A DNA stretch of 53,697 nucleotides, counting the filler, from Streblomastix strix (taxonomy: Eukaryota): NCBI GenBank assembly GCA_008636045.1. It is 3 parts of 3 records of this genome, joined end to end, with 100 filler letters (N's around TTAATTAATTAA, not from the genome) between each part and the next. Parts side by side here need not be neighbours in the genome. Positions count along the whole stretch, not along the records: positions 17,944 to 35,779 come from SNRW01000668.1; positions 35,880 to 53,697 come from SNRW01000669.1; 1 more part is not named here. One strand, given 5' to 3'. The notes beneath the pieces were generated by a model. It worked only from the letters and a program-made list of their open reading frames with translations. It was not told the origin of the DNA and ran no database searches. This document shows, piece by piece, positions 28,002 through 40,784 of this stretch (its first letter is position 1; the number at the start of each line of letters is the position of its first letter). The translations under genes were made by a program, and so were the position numbers.

Positions 28002-29084
28002 ATGTCAGGAATTGATTTAAATTCACTTGAAAAAGAAATAAGAGAAGAATTTGAGGCGGAAAAAAGATAATAAGGCTCAGGAGGTGCAAATGGTTAAGGT
28101 TTGATGGACATTGACGGAAAGGAGGATGATTATGATTATTATGAATCACAAGCTAATAAATAGGACAGAATGAAATCACGAACAAAACCGTTTGGTAGGC
28201 TGCCATTCCATCCCAGTATGATTCAAAGAACAAGAAAGCATGCAGTCTCATAATTTAGAGAAGAGGCGGGCGATGTTCTTACAACACTCGTTGGTTATTT
28301 GAACAGAGACATCAAGAAAATTTATAGCTTATCGTCTGCAGTCAGTGCTCAAAATTATATTGACGATAAATATTTAGGCAAACGATTTAGTGTATAAGAA
28401 TAAGACTTAGATGATAATCAAGCCACTCGTGATAATTTGGTTGAATATGATAAGAAAAAGAATGCAATTTATTCAGTCGATGGTTATACAACAGCAGTAG
28501 TATTTGGACATCTAGAGCATTAACATAAAAATAATTGGAAAAAATAATATTATTTAAATATTAATGATTTAGTACGAGCTGCATTGGCTGCAAAATTAAA
28601 CCAATAAAGAATAAAAGGCGGCTCTTACATGAAATCGCTATCAGTGATTAAGCCGCAAAAAGTAAGAGAAATAAAGAATTATAGTTTTAGAGCATTCATT
28701 ACCAATGTTAAAAAAGTCATAGACCAAAATGGAGGCTCAAAATTGCCAATGGCAACTAAATAACAAATAATGGCATCTGCTTGGAATTCAGTACTTATTA
28801 TTCCTGCTGTAGAAATATTAGAAAGATAAGACGCAAAAATAGACATATATAACAGAAGCAATAACGTACTTGCATAAAAAGGAGATTATGAATATTTGCA
28901 ACTTGCTAAAAGATTGTATAAGAAAGAACTGCATACCGTTATTACTCAACTATATCAAGCCGAAGATATCGATGCTAGGATTAAGCAAGCTCTTGGATAA
29001 GCTATGTAATTTTCTGGTCAAATTCTAACATAGAGATAACAATAAATAGGTGGTTTCGATTTAGCTAAATACAAATTCCAATGA
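28002..29084 (+). CDS. Intact 360-aa Polinton-associated protein of unknown function
   Basis: Uninterrupted frame from ATG 28002 to TGA 29082-29084 (MSGIDLNSLEKEIREEF...QDLDDNQATRDN...IYSVDGYTT...). Confidence 0.75.
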
Positions 29085-29118
29085 TTTAGGAGATTAATTT
29101 TTATTAATTTTTCTCTTA

Positions 29119-29208
29119 TCTGGCACAATAGAAGGCTGGCAGCAGTTTTTGATGAAAGTTTCTGACTCGACGCACTCGATGCACTCGGTGCATTCAAAAG
29201 TCATTCAT
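29119..29208 (-). repeat. Conserved ~90-bp structured element, copy 2 (inverted)
   Basis: Reverse complement of copies 1 and 3 with a few mismatches. Confidence 0.9.
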
Positions 29209-29341
29209 AAATGATTCCATTTTCTCGTGCCAATAATAATGATTTCGTTGATGTTTTATAACCAAATCTACCTAACCAACCCAAACCACCCAATAAATAC
29301 TTTATATATATGTAATTATTATTTATTTTTATTTTAAATAA

Positions 29342-32300
29342 ATGGCAGATAAATAGGGGTATGACTCGTAAAGACGACGCACGCCTCCGATTGTGCCTCC
29401 GATTACACTACAAATTCAAACATTACCAGAGCAATAACTGCTTAGATAAACACAGTCATAAATGACATAAATGTAAGACTACATTACTTAAATACAAACA
29501 AGCAACTTCTAGCCTTCGCCAGAATTATAAATGGCACATCAACAACAGCAAATGATATAAATGCAAAATTATATTACATAAACGCAAGCGCATAATTACA
29601 AGCTATCACCTGAATTATCTCCAGAATTGTCACCTGAACTGCAACCCAAACAACGCGAAGCTCATGATGTGCGGGTGGATTATCAAGTGAATTTAAGGCA
29701 TTAAAAACTAATATCAGAAATACTAAGAGAGTTTTGACTTTTACTGACCCTGAAATTTAATAGAAAATAAACATTAACGAGTTATGGTCGTAAATTTCAT
29801 TAATTTTAGATAAAATCGGTTTAATTCACGGTAGAAACAATAGAGATATAGTTCGAAATGCCATATTATAATCAGAACCATTTGCATAATGAATAAGGTA
29901 AGATACTTAAATAGGCCTTCAAAATGAAGAAATAATAGGTAAAGTTTATGCAAAATAATATTTGCAAGAAAAAAATAATACGTAGAATATGAGCACTTAA
30001 GACGAATCGTGGAAATAACATAATTAATAATGGGAACAAGTGGTGGAAGATTAGCGAGTCAGACATGCAAATCTATTAAAAGAGATTAAAGAATAAAAAT
30101 AAACCTTAAATAAAAATATAATGCTGATGTGTTCAAAAATGTTAGAGATGAAATATAAGAGTTTAATGAAGAAAATGAGGGCAAGAATTACAGGCCAATT
30201 AACGCCCTGCAGAATGCGATTATGTTATGTGAGCCACAATTCGAATAAGAATATGAAAGAAGAATTTAATTTGAGCGAAAATATATGTATAATTAATAAG
30301 TTAAATATGACCCATTCTATATTCATACAATCAGCCCTACAAAAGAATATTATAATGATTTGAAAACAATTGATGATGTGGATACTTATTTAGATGAAAT
30401 ATATTAGCGAGAATAGAAATTTGCATTCAAAATTGCATTTGATTTTGGAGTGATTATTGAACGAGTTGATGGCTAAGAAAACGAATAACAAATAATATAT
30501 AAAATTAATCGTCCTCTTGATACTAGAACAGAGATGAGAGCACGACAACCATACGTAACCAAATCGACCTTGCGGATTATAAAAGATACATTAGAAACCA
30601 CTTAATTCAAATGTAAGAGCGAACCATTATGGACACCAAAGAGAAAATAATAGGTATTTTTTCCATAATGATTCAAGTATTCAGACTACCACATGCAGGC
30701 GCTGGTGGTGGTCGAACAATACCATCATTAAAGAAGCACATTATGAGGTGTGATATTCGATATGTTGACCCTAAGAAAAAATAATTAAAATTCATGTTTC
30801 TTTCTGGCATATTCATTTATTACGATGCCAGATATTAAAGCAGATGTTGCTGCTGACGGTTCCGCTATAGCTGCAAAGCGTTATAATGAATATTCACGTA
30901 TTGCAGAAGCAAAGCGATTATTTTAAAGAATCTATGAAAAAATAATTAATGATAATTATTAAGGATTTAATTTTTTAACAGAAGCAGATTAATTTATTTC
31001 AAATGAAAATTTAAATATAAATGTCTTCACTTACGAAGAAACAACGGAAATTACGTCAACAACTTCAACGGCAACTAATTAAGGAAGTTATTATCTATGG
31101 AAATAATGTAGAAGAAATGAATAGAACGATCAAACTAAAGAGTTAAATTTTAATAACAGATACAATCAACGAACAATAAACAGCTCATGTTTTTTATAAA
31201 AATGATGTTGAAGCACTAATTGGTTTAAAATATTGTCCTACTTGTTGTGGGCTGGCTTATAAGACTAGAGATTCAAATTTGTAGTCAAAGCTGAAAAGGC
31301 ACATTTAAAAATGTTAAAAAAATGGAGGAAAAATAGTAAAAAAGTATATTTAGAAGTATTTCTAAGACCTTATGTTCATCATATATTGAATAATATTAGC
31401 TACAAATTTCTTTTAGCGCATGGTCGAGAGGAAGAATTTATACCTACCAAATATTTTATAACATATGACATTGAAACTGTAGAAAGAATCGTTAATGAAA
31501 AATTTGGAGATAATTCAACATAAATTTCAATTCTTGAACCTCTTTCGATTGCAATTTCAATAAAAATAAAAAATAAAAAAAAATCAATTAAATTTATTAG
31601 ATTTATTTTGATATACGAACCCTTAAGTTTATAAATGTATGGATAAAATAGTTGTTTAAAAAGGCCAGAAAAGTTATTGATTCAAATAAATATGAAGATG
31701 AGACGATACCATAGCATTATGAGGTTCCAATAATTAGGTTCAATTCTTCAAAGTTCGATATCGCTCTAATTCTTAAAAATTTATAGAGCGATGAATCGCA
31801 AATCATTAAATATCTTGGTAGTGGTTTAAATGCTAAATAAATCATTGTTAAACATAAAATTACAGGAATCAAATTGCGGTTCATCTATTCGATGATTTAT
31901 TGTATAAAAATGAAATTAAAATAATTCATAAAAGATTTCACACCAAAAACTATGAAGATAACATCAATAAAATTAAAATTTCCATATGAATTCATCAACT
32001 ACGATAATTGTGTTTAAGAGCTCGATAAATCAGAACCATTTCCCTAAGAAGCATTCAGAAACTCAATTAAAAATAAAAACTTCAGCATTATTAAGTATCA
32101 AAATTATTTGGCTGTTGCTTAGTAATTTTCGAACAGATGGGAATACCTTCTACACTATAACCTTGAAGATACCCGCTTAATGATTCAGCCGTTGGATTAC
32201 TTAATTGATATGTTCTTCAATGACAAAATTGACATGTTGTAGTTTATGTCGATATCTGCATGCGCCAATGCTATCAAATATGCTCTTGCTTATAGTGATT

Positions 32301-34233
32301 TCAAACTAGATTAAGATTACATGCCAAAAGATGATTATGCATCATTCATACTTACATAAAATTATTGGAAGATTAAAGTTTAAAATTAATTGGAATAAGA
32401 TAAAAAAAAGAAATAGAGATACAAACAACAACATCAAAGAATCAGATTGTGCGTTCTACAAAAAATTATTTCTATCAACAAGATGCCATATCTGTAAAGC
32501 ACGATTCACAAGCAAAATTCTTCCAACATTAGATAGAATCAACAACGACATGAGCCATTCTACAGATAATGTAAAACCTTGCTGCTTATTCTGCAATAAA
32601 TTTAAATCAATTAAAGATGAAAATTTAACAAGATTAATAATTTAATTAAAAAATTTCTGTCTGTTGAAATCACTACCAATGACTATAACCGATGAAGAAA
32701 TTTATCAAATTTTACGCTCTGGTATCACAGGTGGATTATCATAAGTCATGCATAGCTATAATGTAGCATGTGAAACTAAAATAAGTTAATTAAAATTTAT
32801 TAGTGGAAAGGTCATTAGTTAAGATACTGACCACACAATGACCCGTCTTTTAACGCTTGATTTCAACTGTTAATATCCCAGCGTTATGAGCTCAGAGCCG
32901 CAAAAATTCATTAGATATACGGGAAATAAATTATATATGGCGGGATAAATATTGGATAAAAATACTGAAAAATAAATAGTGAGAAATTTAATTTATAATC
33001 TCTAACGATTTAATTACATTGAAGGAATGCCATTATTTATCGCAGTTGTTATAAGACACATTGACGAATAACATATAAATGATTTCATTAATTTTCTTCA
33101 AATACAGAGAAACATTGACATAATGACCGATGAAAAAACATTAGGTTCATACATATATTATCTATTACTGTAAAATAATATGTAGCACGAAAAAATTGAA
33201 TAAAAATTGACAAATTTATCATCAACTCATGGGTAGTTCATGTCATTCAATAATTATTATTTATTACTTCTCATTGATGATTTTCATTTCATTATTGACG
33301 ATATTTAATGTGTTATAACATTCTCGAAACATGATAGATTCAATCCATTTGTTAAGGAATTTATGAGTCAAAGAATTTAGGCAATAAATTAAAAAAATAA
33401 TGGAAAATAGTAATTCTATAAATTAGCTATGAACTCAAGCTATGGAAGAGATGGGATGAATTAAGAAAAATATTCGCAAACGAAATTGTTGAGCTCTGAT
33501 AAGGACGTCGTTGTCTCATCTCTAAGGTTCATTCGTTAATGACTAATAATTATCAGATGATTTATATGCTGAATAATTTAATGCTGAGAGCTGCAACTGC
33601 AACACCTGCCTCCATTCTGCATATTTCGTGTTAGATAATAGCAAATATTGATATTTAAATTTTGTCTACAATTTTATGTATAAAGCATTCGATATGAACA
33701 GGATGCGCTATATCTGTGGTGATACTGATTCGATGACATGGGCCATTAGTGGGAACCCAGAAGAGGATTACAGACAGAAATTTAAATACGAAATCAAGGA
33801 CTAGGAATTTTTCAATAAAAATTATTCTCTTTTCTTCGGCTAATATAAACAATTATTGGGAGTCAGTTATGAGGCAGAAGGAACTGCATGCATCGCTTTA
33901 GCTCCAAAAATACATTACATTTATAATCCCTTACCTAATGAGAAAGAAAAGGATTACAATTATTGTTTGAAAGGAAAAATATAAAAATAAAATGTTCTGA
34001 TAAACGACGAAGCATTTAAATAATCATTAAATTGCGAAAAAATTTATGCTTAAAATATTATCCTTGGATAAAGAAATAAATAAATGTCAAAAATATAAAT
34101 AAATAAAGTTGGTTTATCATTCATTCATAATAAAATGGTTGCGCTTGAAAATTAATACTGTGTTCAGTTCCTGTATATTAACGGATAACAATTGAGCTCA
34201 GATAATTATGTAATTACTAATGATAACCGCTGA
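29342..34233 (+). pseudogene. Protein-primed family B DNA polymerase (pPolB) with a long N-terminal extension, Zn-finger and HNH/EndoVII-like insert; multiple frameshifts
   Basis: ExoI TYDIET (~31461), ExoII GFNSSKFD, ExoIII YNLED, CHIC..TLDRINN..H...NV..CC..CN (32481-32600), ITGGLS, motif A LDFNCQYPS, motif B KLAMNSSYG, motif C GDTDS (~33718-33732). The 5' part could be a separate gene. Confidence 0.88.
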
Positions 34234-34270
34234 TGTAAACGTAATTTTTGCACGAGAAAATGGATTGGCT

Positions 34271-34361
34271 AATGAATGACTTTTGACTGCACCGAGTGCA
34301 TCTAATGCATCGAGTCAAAAACTTTCATCAAAAGCTGCTGCCAGCCTGCCATTCTGCCAGA
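34271..34361 (+). repeat. Conserved ~90-bp structured element, copy 3
   Basis: Direct copy of 27054-27144, starting 38 bp after the PolB stop. Confidence 0.9.
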
Positions 34362-34441
34362 TTATTAATTGATTTCATCGGCCGAAGGCGGAGTCTTCGA
34401 TATGATTTGAATATTAATTATTTTATTTTTGCAAGAAATAA

Positions 34442-34735
34442 ATGTAAAACGAAAATAAATTGTTTGTAGATATCCTTAGGACTTTTGCAGATGAATAATA
34501 TCAAAGGGATGAATAAGAATTTGAAGTGTAATAAAACATCGATGATAAAGAATTTAAAGTTCATTATAAAATGAGTCTGTCAGAATTCATCAAAAATATC
34601 TTTAAAATTGCAAAGAAAAAATATGTCGATGTTATTGCAGAGAAAGCAGATGAAATAATTATTGGAAAGCGAACAGTGACAGATTGGTATTATTATTATA
34701 TTTCAGTTTAATCGTAGTATGAACTATCAAAATAA
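34442..34735 (+). CDS. Small Polinton ORF of unknown function (end unclear)
   Basis: MQNENKLFVDILRTFADEQY...VTDWYYYYISV open frame after an A-rich start context like the other element genes. Confidence 0.35.
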
Positions 34736-34759
34736 AAAAATAAACTAAAAAATAAACAA

Positions 34760-35779
34760 ATGGAAAAACACGCATATTAAGCGGTTTAGAGATCCAGCCA
34801 GTAATCCGCATCCGTTTAAGGTGGCGATAATGAAAATATGCGCTATTTTCCTTTCAAAGCAAAATTTAAATAATTTGAAAAAATAAACATACAGTAAAAT
34901 CCGGCTAATTTGCACTACCATCGGCGAAAAAAATGCGAGTTCGAATTAAGTTAATTCGCACTTTTATAAGTAAAAAAATCAAAGAATTTTTTTTTAATTT
35001 CAAAAAAATAACTATTTTTTCGATTTTTTTTAAAACTAAAAAAAAATTTATATTTTTGAAAATTTTATGTATGATATTGTATAAACAGTAATTTATATTA
35101 ATAAACTTTAAATATTTACATTAAATATTTAAATTTTTCATAATTAATTTAAGAAACAAAAATTATTTTTCTAAATTTGTTAGGTTTTAAGTGCCAATTA
35201 TAAAATTTTAGTGCGAATTATCTCTAAGAAATTAATAGAGAAACAGTGACATTTCCTCAAATAATATAATAGTGCGAATTATACATATGGTGCGAATTAA
35301 CAGGTGTGCGAATTAACCGGATTATACTATACATAAATTTGCTAACAATCAATATTTGCCAGTGAAAGATTATAAATTGAAACAACTATAAAGACTATAA
35401 TGACGTTATTTCTCTCCAAAGTTAAGGAGTTTGGAAATAGATGTAGTCTTTTCTGTCGATTAAGACTTGCAGGAAATAATGATGAATATGATGATGCTAT
35501 CTTTGAATAAGACGAAATAAGATATGGAAGAAAAACAAATATATATTTATTTTGCATAAAAATTAATATGAAATCTTTAGTGATATATCCATTGATAGAT
35601 AAATCAGCTGCATAAATAGTTGGATAATTGCAAAAATTGATTAAAAATTATTACGTAAATAATATTCGTGGAGATGGTGAAAAAAGATTTAATAGCTCGT
35701 ATTTTGCTTTATTTTGTATATAAAATAAAATTAACAGATATTTCACTGATACAAAATTCACTAATCATAATAGAGTAGT
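34760..35779 (+). pseudogene. Retroviral-like (rve/c-) integrase of the Polinton, interrupted by a MITE and cut by the contig end
   Basis: YFSPKLRSLEIDVVF, VIYPLIDKS, NNIRGDGEKRF, KFTNHNRV. Removing 34892-35331 restores the frame from ATG 34760. Confidence 0.72.
34892..35329. mobile_element. Tc1/mariner-pogo-type MITE (438 bp), TA target duplication
   Basis: TA|CAGTAAAATCCGGCTAATTTGCAC ... GTGCGAATTAACCGGATTATACTA|TA, with repeated subterminal GTGCGAATTA motifs (35211, 35272, 35290, 35306; inverse at ~34951). Confidence 0.85.
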
Positions 35780-35879
35780 NNNNNNNNNNNNNNNNNNNNN
35801 NNNNNNNNNNNNNNNNNNNNNNNTTAATTAATTAANNNNNNNNNNNNNNNNNNNNNNNNNNNNNNNNNNNNNNNNNNNN
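35780..35879. other. Artificial contig linker (N44-TTAATTAATTAA-N44)
   Basis: Same spacer as 17844-17943. Confidence 0.97.
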
Positions 35880-35880
35880 A

Positions 35881-36825
<945 letters not shown>

Positions 36826-37125
36826 GTTTTTATTCTTCATATTTTATTCCTTTTGCGTGGTTCATTTTACATTTTAAAATTTTTATATATTCTTATCAGT
36901 ACTTTTTCAACGATTTTAATTAATTAAATATGTTTTTATCCTTCTGAATCATACAGTCGTAAATTTTGCAATAAAACACGTTTTTACGCCATCATACTTA
37001 ACTAAGTGATTAATAAATCATAAAATTTACAAATATTTTATAGCTTTTAACTATTAAAATAAAAATTATTGCTATTTATTCAACATTTTTTACTTTTATT
37101 CACACTTTAAAATTCAAAGAAGAAA

Positions 37126-40100
37126 ATGACACGCGCCTTCTCAACGCAGATTCGGAGGCGCAATGAAAATGAATCTTTTGAAATGGAAGATTTTTCTAAG
37201 GATTTGATATTTCAACCAGGCACATAAACATACCAACTTGTCCTGCGCTGGCGACCTTTAACCCACATGGATATGATTGCATTGGCTCTGAAATTTAGGG
37301 ACAGGTCGAAGAAAATAGATTATTTGGATATTGGATAAACAAGCTTCGGTTTGTTTATATTATTTCTATCAGCCTGTTTTAATCTATATTTTTGTGACAG
37401 ATGCAAAAGGAATGATTGGTCTTGCTAATATTTTACGAACTAATAACACCATCACTTACATTGACTTTTCACATGATAATCTTGGCTAACTTGGAGCGTA
37501 ATGATTGGCTGTTGCGTTACAAGAGAATACAACCATTGAAAATCTCAATTTAGAGTGGAATAACATTGGAAACGAAGGACTAAAAGCAATTTTGTAAGCA
37601 TTTCAGAACAACAGGAGATCTCGGATTAAAGAATTAGACATACATAACAACGGCATAGATGATGACGGAGCAATTGTTTGAATATATTTTTTAATATCAT
37701 CATTATTATATAATAATTATATATTACATCCTTTTTCCATTCATTCATATACCATATACTCCCAGTAATTAGCAGAGTTTCTTGAGCGAAATCCAGTCCT
37801 ATCAAATGTCAATATCAGATTCAATCAGATTGGAGAAAGAGGAGGAGTAGCAATTGCTCATACATTTGAGAGAAACACACACTTAAAGACCATTGATATG
37901 GCACGATGTGGAATTGGAGATCTAACAATGCTCGCTTTAAAGGAAGCTCTGAAGAAAGCGAATGAATTGATGCCAATTGAGACAAGATCTGGATAAGAAA
38001 CACACATTGGATAAAAGAAGCATGCTGCTCTTAGGGATATATTCCTGGAGAACAATGATATTGGTCCTGATGGACTTGCATCACTGGTATCTGGATTGAT
38101 TGCTTCATACGATACACATCCAATAGAACAGATATCACTCTTCAACTGCCAGTATGTAGGTCATAATAATAGAGATCCGTGTGTTGATGGTATTTAGTAG
38201 ATTGGATAACTGCTTCTCATTACAACGTCTTTAGTATCACTTGACTTGGGCGGATGTCTGATTGAAGATGCTGGTGTATCTGTTTTGGCTGAATCGTTGA
38301 GTTAAGCATCAACATTGAAGTCACTCAATTTATAGAGGAATAATCTGTCGAATATATCTGCATATAATCTGAAAGATGCTCTGATGAAGAATTAAACACT
38401 TGAAGAGCTGGATTTGAGGAGGAATAAGATGAATGATGAAGGTTTGTGTTGTATGGAATATTGTTTAATGATAAATTTAACTTTATTTATTTGTTTGATT
38501 TGTTGATTTTTCTTATTATTTGTTAATTAAGGTGTTATTTCATTGATATAAATGCTTGTGGTCAATAAAACTCTTCAATAAGTTGATATACGAGGGAACA
38601 CATTATGTATAATGAATCTATATAAATAGAAATCATATATATTTTTATTTTTATATTTAATTAATTTATTTTTATATTTAATTTAATTTAATTTAATATT
38701 TTATTTATTTATTTATTTATTTATTTATTTGCTGTTTTTGTTTTTGTTTATATTTTATATTTATTTATCTGTTAATAATTTAGGGAGATTGAAACCTCGT
38801 GAATGGCAGGCATCACATTGTCCAACAGCGAGAATTGAGGTTATTATATGGGAAGATCAGTATTTATTTATTTATTATTAGTTTATATATTAGTTTATTT
38901 ATTGAAATAAAAAATTATTATTATTATTTGCAAGATAGTTTTATTACTTAATATTCTAATATAATGTAATATATTTTCATTAGACCTAAACGCAAAATAA
39001 ACATTGATCTAAAAAGTGACAATATGAAAAATTTATTTGATTCACTATCAAGAGATGTTTGATATATAATATGCATATATTAGAAAATTTATTATATTAT
39101 TGTTAATTCATATTTATTCATTTATTTTATTCTTGCTGTTGTTACTATTTATATAGGCTTCGGATTCTGATTCCAATAAAGACCAATAAAAACCCTTCAA
39201 TCTTGTCAGCACATCTGAAATATAGAACTCATTCAACTCACTGATTGATTCAGTTCCTTCTCTTCCTGATCTGAAACATGCAACGGGATCAGCGTCATAA
39301 AATAAGACCTCTCTTATTTCTAATTAAAGCTTGACTAATGTGAATATGAATGCAAATACAAATGCAAGGACAAATGGAATGGGAAGCAGATCTGGGAAAA
39401 GAAGCTAATTGACTCCATAGGGGTTATCAAATACATCTTCGTCTTTGTAATCTTCATCTTCTTTGTTGGAAGATCAGAGGAAAAGCGCATTTTCGCTCTC
39501 AAGGTCGAATCTAGAGCAGCATGAATCGGTTTATGAACCCAAGCCCAAGAAACTTTTAATTGATTGGCAGCACACTTACAAGTGAAAGATTATTATCTTT
39601 ATCTTTTTTTTGTATCTTATTTAAGTAATCTTTTATCTAATAGTGTAATTTTTTTTATGCATTTAAACAGCGAAATTGGCAATAAATTTATATTTATAAA
39701 ATTATTTATTTCTAATTTAAAGATGAATTTGAATACAGCTGCACTTCAGAATACAGCTTTTGCTTGTGGAACATCATTTACTATCCCTTCTAATGCATAT
39801 GAGACAAGTATAATCAACAATTCAGTCGTAGATTTGAAAGTAATATATCTGGACACAGACGAATAGAATAGAACTGAATCACCGTATTTATTTCCAGAAA
39901 AAACATCAGGATAAAATAGTCCACGAAGACATAGATTTCGATCAGCTCACTCATCGCATGGAAAAAAACACGCTGAAAAAGCTCATTGGAGCTCAACTGA
40001 TACAGGAACTAATATACTATCCAATCCACATGATTCCATTGACCATGCTTTAAATTTGCATGGGATATAATCCATCCATCGATCATCAATTGGCCGCGTG

Positions 40101-40784
40101 AAGGTAAATCCAATTCAGAGTATCAAGTTCTCAGAATTAAAATCTCCACCGGATTAACTTATGGATAATTCATTATAAATATCCGATTTAATATTCTAAC
40201 CCAATCTTGCTTCTGGAAGCATCACAATATCCAAACAGCGAGTAGAACAGGAAAGCTCCAGGAAAACTTCAGATCCAACTCCTGAAACCTTAGTTGCTTA
40301 ATTACATTAAATGCAAAGTCAATTATTATACGATGGACTAAACACCCCTTCTCATTCAATTATAAATTCAAATATCGGTAGTAATGAGTAATTCTGCCCA
40401 TAAATTGATCATTTTAGAGAGATTCGAACCAAACAATTGAAATTAACATAACCTGCATCGTTGATTGTAAATGAATTTGAAAGATTGTAACAACAATTTT
40501 AAGCAAAATAAGTTAATTAAGCGTTTCAGAACCAAGATAATCCAGACATTGGTCAAAATATGAATTAATCAATGAATGAAATAATCGGGTAATAGTAAAT
40601 AAAACAAATTGAAGAATATCAAATGAAGAAAGAAGAGTAATTTGGATAACAAGAAACGAAGGAATAGAGAAACAGATTAACAAAAAGAGAAGAAGAAGAA
40701 GTTTAGGTTAACAATCAATCATAAGATATGATTGATATTTTCAGAGATATTGATGAAGATTAGAATCAGTATTCATAGCAATGA
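37126..40784 (+). CDS. Leucine-rich repeat protein (RI-like/NLRC3-like LRRs) with a disordered C-terminus; internal TGA at 37502
   Basis: Repeats NNIGNEGLKAI, NGIDDDGAIQLA, NQIGERGGVAIA, NDIGPDGLASL, LIEDAGVSVLAESL, NKMNDEGVISL. About seven AT-rich GT-AG introns. The 3' exon structure near 39580-39720 is uncertain. Ends TGA 40782-40784. Confidence 0.8.

Larger units (their letters stand above)
19420..35779. mobile_element. Decayed Polinton/Maverick-type endogenous virus (partial, cut by the contig end)
   Basis: Co-located pPolB, A32-like ATPase, integrase, SF3 helicase, KilA-N and putative capsid genes, all intronless and mostly frameshifted. No terminal inverted repeat identified. Confidence 0.85.
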
